Assembly: GCA_013239625.1 (NCBI GenBank)
Contig: MU056262.1
Location: 9,090,134 to 9,154,133 of the forward strand
Length of the DNA stretch: 64,000 nt
DNA from: Lama guanicoe
Lineage: Eukaryota
Direction of reading: 5' to 3'
The notes under the pieces were generated by a model. The model was given only the letters and a program-made list of their open reading frames with translations, searched no databases and was not told where the DNA came from. Shown in pieces: positions 55,706 to 64,000 of the stretch. The translations under genes were made by a program, and so were the position numbers. How positions within the stretch are numbered: the stretch's first letter is position 1; each line of letters starts with the position of its first letter.

Positions 55706-58700
55706 ATGAGTGCTAGGGCAGGCTAGTGACGATGCCCTGTCTAAAGGAACAGTTGCTTCTCATCTCTGCCCAGTTTTGACACAGCAGAGAGGACTCCATG
55801 CACCCAGACATTCCAGTTTTTTAAAAAGAAGCCAGAAAATCTGATACTAAAATATTGGAATATAATTCACATACTTAAGCAATATCTTGTACTTAACCCA
55901 ACAAAATGCTTACCTGCGGGCCTAATTCAACCGGCAGGCCATCAGTTTGTGTCTTTGGATCCATTGATAGCCCTGATGCCTGAAAAGATCTGTTAGGTTT
56001 CAGCACTGCTGGGAGCCAAAGGAAGGTACAGAAAAAGTAAGAACTGGTTGGTTCTTAGCCAGGATGCTGACTGGGTTGGAGATGAGGCTAACTACAGAAA
56101 TGGTAAGCACTGCAAGCTGGAATATAGTGGTGTGCTTGGGGAGGTTGTGAAGAAAGAATGGGTGACAGCTTTATGTGGGAGGTGAGGTGAGCTTTGCAGG
56201 ATGACAGGATTCTGCCAAGACAGCAAGGGCCCCTCCCCAAGTGCCCCCTGCAGAGTGCTCCCCACAGTGTTCCTCTCAGGCCTGCTGTCCTTGCCTCCTG
56301 AACAGCCCATGCAGAGGAGAAGGAGCTTTGGGACTAGCTTACTTCTGCAACCCAGCTTTCCTCCCAGGGATTTTTGGGCTGGGCCCTCCCTGGCCTCAGC
56401 CAACTGGTCCAGAGCAGTGTTTCCTACAGCAAAGTCTCATGAAGGCAAAGTACCTTTAGTGCTTGAGATCCTGTGCACCATCATCCTCCCTGTCAGTTTC
56501 AGGGCATGGTTATGTGGTCAGCCAAGGACTTCCCTCCCGTGGGGAAGGGGGCTGGCATCATGTGCCAGGTCATGCGCCTCAGGATGGTGTGAAGAAGGGA
56601 GGAAGCCTTCCTCTCCAGGCCAGCTCTGTGCTGAGACTACAGGTGAAGGAGAACCTGGGACATTCTCCAGCTCTCCCCTAAAGGTTTTTATGTTTTCTTC
56701 CTTGCTCCAAATGGGATTCAATAAAACAAACACTGACTGGCTTAGATACCTGGGCTGTAATGGGATGGTCACAGAGGACACTGTCCTTCTCACCCTCTGG
56801 GCTGGGTTTCATCATGGTCAGAATTCACCTCACAGGCAGTTTTGTGCCAGGGCCCTGTGTGACTTGCCCTTGGAGCTATGTGTGGTGTAGCTTAGCTGTG
56901 GGAGGGAGGGAGGGAGGGAAGTTTCCCAAGAGATGCTGACAAAGGAAGACTCTTTCCAAAAGTCTGTAGATTGGCTCACGAGTTCCCGATTCTGGCAATT
57001 GTTGATGAGGCAGTTTATCTAATTGGAACTTGTAGAGTCTTGCTAACTGGTTATTGATTATCTGAGGGTGAGAGAAAGACAAATGAATGGGATAGGGAAT
57101 GGACTCAGGCTTCTTGCTCCTATTGTGGCCACAGACTGGGTCCTGAGATTCTGCTTCCTCCTCTGCTAGAATCATGTGGCATGAGTCTGGGGCTCCCAGT
57201 GTAGGGGATGGGCACTGCCCAGCCCAGCGTTTGGAGCCCACTACCCTTCACTTGAAGTTGAAAACCTCAGTTCCCAGTCCCAGAGTCAAATCCCTGACCA
57301 GCACTGACGGCACCTGTCTGTTACCAGGAGCTTGGTTGACCCCAAGAGCAGATTCTACCACCATCTGCAGAGAGCTCTGATTGGGAAGAGTTTATTTGGG
57401 GTGTTTCCTGGGTGAGGAGATATCATCATTAAATCAGGCTCTTTGAGCTGGAGACCAGGTGTCTGTCTTTCTGTTTTGCTGGTCATTGTCTACCTGTAAG
57501 TGCACCTGAGGAAATGCAGAGAGACATGAAGGCCTATTCCCAATCCCCATGAAACTTGAGATTGTCTGGGAGAAAGGACTAGGAATAGAAAATGGCCACA
57601 GAATGAACCCTTGTTGGCAGGCACATGCCAGCTCAGGCCTGGGTGATCTGGAACATGGGCCATGGGGCTTGGGGCAGGTGGCTGGACTGGCCCCCCTTCT
57701 TAGGGTTGGGCTCTGTCCCTCCCTCATCCAGCAATCTGTCTTCTACTGTGTGATGGTCATTTACCCTTATGAAAGCCATCTAAGTGAGCAAGGCCCTGCC
57801 AGAAAACCTATCTGAGAGCATGCTGGATTGCGGGGGCTGTTTCTGTCTAGTTTCTTGCGCAAAGTTTGTGCCAGCTTTGAGCTCATCAAGGTTTGGAGGT
57901 ATGCATTCTTTACCAATAGTAAGTCCTCTGGCACTCAGTGCCTTTCTCATAGGCACCTTGCCCGCTTATAGTGGTGTCTCATATACACCAGGCCCTATCC
58001 AGCGTGCTTATTTCTCAAGGGTTCTGTCCATGTAGCCTTCTATGATTTCTGTGGACTTGAATGGAAGGCTTCCTGGAGGGGGTGGGCTTTGAGAAGGAGA
58101 AGGCTCAGAGAAGGCAACATCGCTAACTGTGCTCCAGAATAAACAGATTGTTTGGGAGTAATGGAACAGAGGTTAATGAGGTTGGACCAGGCCTGGTGTT
58201 TGCTTCTGGGAGCTCTGTGGTGCCAGGGATTATTTGGGAAATCAAAGCATTAGGTGGGAGGGAGCCCTCTGGGTTCTTGATAGTGAAGGGGAAATGTAGC
58301 AGGAACTGTTGCGGAAGACTAGCGGGGGAAGGCTAACTGGGGGCTGTTGGAGTAATCCAATTTTAGGATGGAGGAGCCTGGTATCCTGGGGATGTTTGGG
58401 GCAGATGGGGAATTCCAGAGACTGAGCTCCACATGGTACATGTGAGCCACAGCTGAGGGAGAGACAGGGTGGGGCACAGAACGCTCTTGCAGCTCTGCAG
58501 GAGGAGCATCAGCTTATGAGGCAGATTGGGAGAGGACTTCAGGCTGCCCTCTGACCCAGAGAGTGTGTACGTCCTGCCTGATGTCCCTGCATGGGGACCA
58601 GCGGTGGAGGGAAGCACAGAAGTGGGCCCTCCTTCAGCACCTGCCCTATAAGCACAACGTTCTAGATACTCTAACCCCTAGCTCTGGCCCCACACTCCAC

Positions 58701-58864
58701 CCCATTCCCTACATACTGTAGGCCTGAGATGTTTGCTCCTTTCACTCCCCACTCTATGCTTTTGCTCAGGCTTTTCCCTCTGTTCCCAATGTCAGCCTTA
58801 GAAATTTGACCAGCTCTAAACCATCCAATTCAGTATTGCTTCCATTAAACATAATGCCAACCAC

Positions 58865-59085
58865 TGCCATTGTGTAGTTCTACTGAGTACCAGGCACAGG
58901 TCTGAGGGTTCTACATCCAACATGTCTAATCTCTACAATAATCTTCCCAGTGGGTGTAATCCCCCCATTTTACAGATGAGTAAACTGAGGCCAGTGAGGT
59001 TAAGTAACTTGTCCAGGGTCTCATAGAGAGGGAGGCAGGCCTGGGATTTGAATTCAGGCCATCTTGGCTTCAGAGTTCTTGGCCT
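58865..59085 (-). mobile_element. MIR SINE
   Basis: ctactgagtaccaggcac...cccattttacagatgagtaaactgaggccagtgaggttaagtaacttgtccagggtc...gggatttgaattcaggc. Confidence 0.75.
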
Positions 59086-62000
59086 TTCCATCCCCACAGT
59101 CTACTTTCCCTGACACACATTCCTCACTGTGTTGCTGGGGTCTGTTTCAGCACTTTGCCAGGCTATTGTCTGTGGACATAACTCTCCTCCCCAGCCTGTA
59201 AGTTCCTTGAGGACAGCATGTGTATCAATACATATACTCCCAGTACTTTCTCCTCCTTTTCCTAATTGAAGCACCAGTGGTTATTGGTGATGCCCTGGGA
59301 AGGACCCAGAAGTGAATAGCTGTCAAGCAGACAGGGCTGCTCCTGCTGGCTGGGAATGTTCTCTTCTGGGAGCTGGACTCCAAGAAGTGGGACGCCTGCT
59401 AGAGATGTACTTAGGGGCTGCTGGCCAGGCCTAGTTAGAAGGAAATGCAGGAATCTTGGAAGAGAAGAGAGTGCTGGAAAGGAGAAGGCTGTGACAAATG
59501 ATTTTGAGAGGAGAAATCTGAAATTTTACCCAGTGACCAGAGGTGCTGGAGGGGAGAGAGCCAAGCTAGGGTCGTATTGGAAGTGATGGGGAGACACATG
59601 TTGGCCAGATGTGAGGAAGGCCTGTGTGAGTGTGAGAACAATTTGTAGACACAGAGTCATCTTGAAAGAGGGCGCTTCCTGTCATAGGAGGCCCTGGGAG
59701 GTCTAGAGCAGCTGCTTCTAGAGGAATGACACAGGAGGTGAGTCACCATCTTTGTACCCTACTAGAGGACTGTTATGGTCCCATCAACTTGGAAATTCTG
59801 TGATTCACTTGACATGAAATGTGACGTTGTGGGCCTAATGTCATTGCTTTTGTCAAGAGTTCTATTCCTAGAGGCAGGATGGATGAAGGGGCCCTTGTGG
59901 GATTGATGACAGAGTGATGCCATCAGTAGCTTTGCTGTCTGCCACGTTTAGCAATCTTTAATTGTCACCCTCCTCTGCTTGAGTAGTCTCTGAGCTGTGG
60001 GCGAGCCCAGGTGACTGTACCAGGAACAAGTGGGCTTGGGCAAAGGTTCTCACCAAACCTTATTCAGGAGAGTAAGTGCTGCTGGGCAGGGTACAGAATC
60101 CTGGTGGGAGAAGAAGCCAACCTGCAGGGCTGGTCTGCCACTTCCCGGAGGATTGGGTTGGTGGGAGGTGGCTTTCCAGGAGTGGCTCTCCAGGCTGCAA
60201 GCTGACCATCCATCCATTTGGGCCAAGGGGCACTTGCTTGGGGCAGTGAGTTACACTGTCTGGTAGTTCTGATAGCCCTGCGATAGGATGATTGCCCAGA
60301 GCCAGAGTTGACATTCACATTCCCATCCCAGCTCTTCCCCAGTCCGTAAAGTGACTCTGACACTTGTTGAAGATAAAATGAGGTGCAGCGAGTGTAGTGT
60401 GTCCCATTGCTCTCCAGGTGAAGGGGGCCAGCACCTGTGGGGACTGGACGTGCAACCTTGTTCATGTACTCTGACAGGAGCAGCTGGGTGAGCAGGGATA
60501 GGACCTTGCCCCAGAGCCATGGGGACGAATACCCCATGGGTGTGGGAGAGCTGGAGACCGGATGTGTGCAGGCAGCAGAGTGGAATGCAGGGAGGCGGGT
60601 GGCATGTTTCCAGGCTCGTGCTTGGCTTCTGCCGGATGCCTTTAATTGTCTCATGTTCCCACCTCCAGTGTGGATGGGGGCTGTGGTGGACCATCAGCTC
60701 ACCACTCTTCTCTTGCTGCCCACCCCCAGCAAGTCAGAGGATGGCTTTCCCGTATCTGTGTCAATAGCTGACAGCACAAGAAAACAGACTGATTTTAGAA
60801 TTCTTTCCTATGAAGCTCTTCCTCCTTGCCTGTCTGCTGGTGGCTGCTAGGTGTCAAGTGCTGGATGGTAATGCTGGTTCTATGTGAGGATCCCAGGTGG
60901 CCAAGTAGATGCCCCCATAACTTGTCCAGGAAGGTTCCCTCTGGAACGGCCATTCTACCTCACCAAAGCTGGTACCCAGTGGATGTTCAACAAATAAGTC
61001 TCCCTCATTTACTGAGGGAGCAGACACCCTCAGTCCAGATCCCTGACTGGTCACTGGGAGGTAGCATGGTTTGGTCCACTGGGTATGGGCAGTGGACCCT
61101 CACTGGTCACTGTGGTTGGAGACCTCTTGGAGGAAGGTGGGGTAGCTCTCTCTTTGTCGGGGCAGGAGGCAGGCTCTGAGTGGAGAGGGGCAGCAGCCCC
61201 CTCATGTGCCACCCTTGGGTCACCTCTTGGCTTCCTGGAGCCCTGTCCTATAGGCATCCCTCTGCTGTTGCTGTCCTGGTTGCAGAAACAGATGTCCACC
61301 TCCCCACATTGCTGCATTTAGCCATTTTTATCAAAGCACCTTGCTCTGACTACCTACGGCATCTCGTTGACACAGGGTCAGAGCCTCCTTTCATCACTGC
61401 TATTTCCCAGCTCTGCTGAGGCCTCTCCAACAAAGTGGTGTATCGTGGGTTGTATTCAGGCGGCTCCCAGTGTCCCATCCGTCCCCTCCCTCTCGTACTC
61501 TTCTCATTGTCTGTCTCCACCTGGGTAGGTCTGCCCTTTCAGAGTTGCTTTTGCTTCTGTTGCGTCTAGGCCTTCAAGTTCCTCTGGGAGCTGCTGGGGC
61601 TGCTGTTTCTCCCACATTCCGACCTCTTTAAATCTGCTGCTGGCCTTCCACATTATCCCCCTCCTGTCCCCACTGAGATGGTTGAGGGTGACCTGATCCA
61701 ACCACACCCCACCAGGTGTGCCTCTCTAGCCTCCTTCACACAAGGTCACCCTTCTTGTGCGTGTCTTCCTGGCCTCGGTTTCTCTGCCTCCCAGTGCAAG
61801 TGTAGTGCCCAGACCTGACTGTTGCTCCTGCATGGTTTGGCTGGCTTGGGGCACAAGGCTGAGTCACCTTCATTTCTTCATTCATCTTGCCATCCCATGG
61901 AGACCAAGTGCCTGTCCTGAGCTGAGTCCTGTACCAAGGGTTCCAGGAACACAGACCTCTGGGGACAGAGGCCACAGTATGGGTGACCTGCTAACAGCCA

Positions 62001-64000
62001 CCAGGGATGCAAATTGTCTCAGAAATTAGAATGAGAGAAAGTTTAAAAAAAAAAGAGCCAGGTTGAGCCCTGGAAATCACCTCACTTCAGCAGAACCCTT
62101 GAATGGAGACAGAAAAGAACACCATGCAGCTGGCTCTGAAATCCAGAACCTTCTAGGGCTGCTCCAGGACATTGTTAAAGCAGACATTACTTGGTTGCTG
62201 GCATAGGTTGCCAACATCTCTGATTCCAAAGCAAGCACACAGCATCCTTCCTGACTCTTGAGTTGTAACCCACTCCCTCATGTCCTTGTCCTTCACTTTG
62301 TGGGCTCTGGGCAGGGACAGGTGGGGTGCAAGATTTCATTTGGTTATTCACCTCAAGTTTTAGAATACAGGTCTACTAACCTTTAAGTTGTCGCACCTTT
62401 TCTCATTTTTATCTTCATTCTCTGCCTCTTTTACAAACTATTATCTTCCTTCTTTTTCTCCTCTCATGCTCTCTCCCCCAACATCCTTTTCTTTTCTGCT
62501 GCTCAGACCCCCACCCATCCCCTGCCAGGTCCCAGGGTGGTGGATTCTGTCTGGTGTTAGAAGTCCAGACACCAGGAGGGTGAGTATCTTAACCAGAGGA
62601 GGGGATGCTGGCTCCACCAGCACACAGTGTCTAATTCTGCTTATTTTTTCAAAGCACTTTTCCTCATGGTCAACATCAGAGTGTGCTGTTCTTGTCATAC
62701 TGATCATTCTGCTCTCCCGAGTAAACATGAAGCTCCATTTCCCAGAATTTCCTCTGTGCCCTTTTCTCTGCTCTCATTTAGGCCCACGTAAGTACAGGAA
62801 GGAAGCCTGTGAGGGTGGGAATGCTGGGTCTGAGAACACATCTTGAGACAAAGCTGAGGGAAGAACTGAGTCATGGGAGCAGAGTCCAGGCTTTTTTCCT
62901 CCCTTCCTTCTTCCAGCAGCTCTTTGCTGTGGCTTCCTTCTCTGCCAGAGAACCTTCGCCAGAATCATCATGGGCTGGAAAAGAATCCATAGAGGTCAAG
63001 AGGTCAAGTCAGCTGAAATGTTACGTGCTCCTCACATGCAGCCAAGTGAGGAAGAAAGATGGGGAACCATCTTTTTAGAATCCAGGACTTTAGAAACTAG
63101 AAGAGACTTAGAATTCATTGCATTAATATTAAAAGTGAGGAGGCTGTGATTTCTCTATGGTCAACAGAGAAGGTAGACCTAGAATGCAGGTCATTGGGCT
63201 TGCAGCCCAACACTTACTCTGTCACCCAGATGCCATCCAGAAGAAACACAATGCCTTTTTCTCCCCTCATTTGCAAGTGGTCAGGCCTGTCTAGGGCAAG
63301 CCCTGTGAGCTGAGTTTGCTGTTAGAAGGAGGCAGCTTCCTCCTCCCTCTGCAGCCTAGGCCAAGAGAGTTGGTTCCAGCCTTTGTTCCCTTAGCCCTTG
63401 GACTCAAGGCAGGACAATGGTAGTGACTTGAGTAATGTTATTGCCAGGCCCTTATGCCATTAGAGCAAGTAAATGGGGCTGGGGCAGAAGGAAGTGTGTC
63501 CTCTGAGCTGGAATGGAAAGCCCCTTCTGGTCTGGTGCCTCCCTCTGAAGGGGGAGTTAGATTCTGCTGCGGAGGAATGACTAGTCCCACAGAAGCAGAG
63601 GGATAAAGAGGGTGAAGTTGATAAGAAAGTGCTCATGGTGGAGGTTCTTCCTCTACCCTGTTGGCCTCTCTGCTGTTACAGCATCAGAACTACATACCCA
63701 AAATGCAAGGACTCTAGGGGTTACAGGCTAGGGAGAAAGGCAGCCAGTTTGATGGTCAGAAACAGTGGGGAGGTGATACCCTTTCTCCCATAGCCTCTCT
63801 TGTCCTCCTCTTGGGGCAGAACCCAGCTGCTTACTCACACAGCTCAGAGATTTGTGGCCAGGAGGGTATGGGCTGTCACCCTGGTTGTTGCAGCTGTCCT
63901 CTGATCACACAGCAGAGGGAGACCTGAGTGTCTGGAGGCAAGCAGTCTGACATTTTAACATTCCCTTCCATGTTCCATGCCAGCCCAGAAACAGGTGGAA

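Noticed and set aside
56201-56890. 229-aa ATG-initiated ORF in PSKH1 intron 2 (also 60064-60654)
   Set aside because: No recognisable domain or coding-like composition; the length is plausible by chance in GC-rich intron. It is not the missing PSKH1 last exon, whose kinase subdomain XI motif is absent.
1-64000. Prokaryote-type systems (CRISPR arrays, operons, intact transposases or retrons)
   Set aside because: The sequence is clearly mammalian. I saw no regularly spaced repeat-spacer array and no intact mobile-element ORF.

Overview
Mammalian genomic DNA. It is most likely from a camelid, judged from three tRNA-Ala-derived vic-1-like SINEs. The region is syntenic to the human 16q22.1 housekeeping cluster. 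Gene order: CENPT (minus strand; 10 coding exons 4423->160, C-terminal histone-fold exons off the left edge), intronless THAP11/Ronin (8351-9283, partly N-masked), NUTF2 (non-coding exon 1 at ~12.4 kb, coding exons 22609-26201, last exon N-masked), EDC4 (29 coding exons, 28541-39158, 1402 aa, two U12-type introns), NRN1L (3 exons, 39902-41294) and PSKH1 (exon 1 at ~45.0 kb, coding exon 2 at 54103-55059, last exon off the right edge). Exon chains were traced by hand and close in phase at every junction. The best candidate for an undescribed system is a three-uORF relay in the spliced PSKH1 leader: a strong-Kozak, intron-split 30-aa Arg-rich uORF, an abutting 13-aa uORF, and a 5-aa uORF whose stop overlaps the kinase ATG (TGATG). 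Also notable are THAP11/ZNF143 motifs at THAP11's own promoter and its neighbours, a Leu-interrupted THAP11 polyQ, loss of the CDK proline at CENP-T's first NDC80-binding motif, and N-runs that look like exact-length masking of conserved exons. Comparisons with human or mouse are from memory and need an alignment to confirm.
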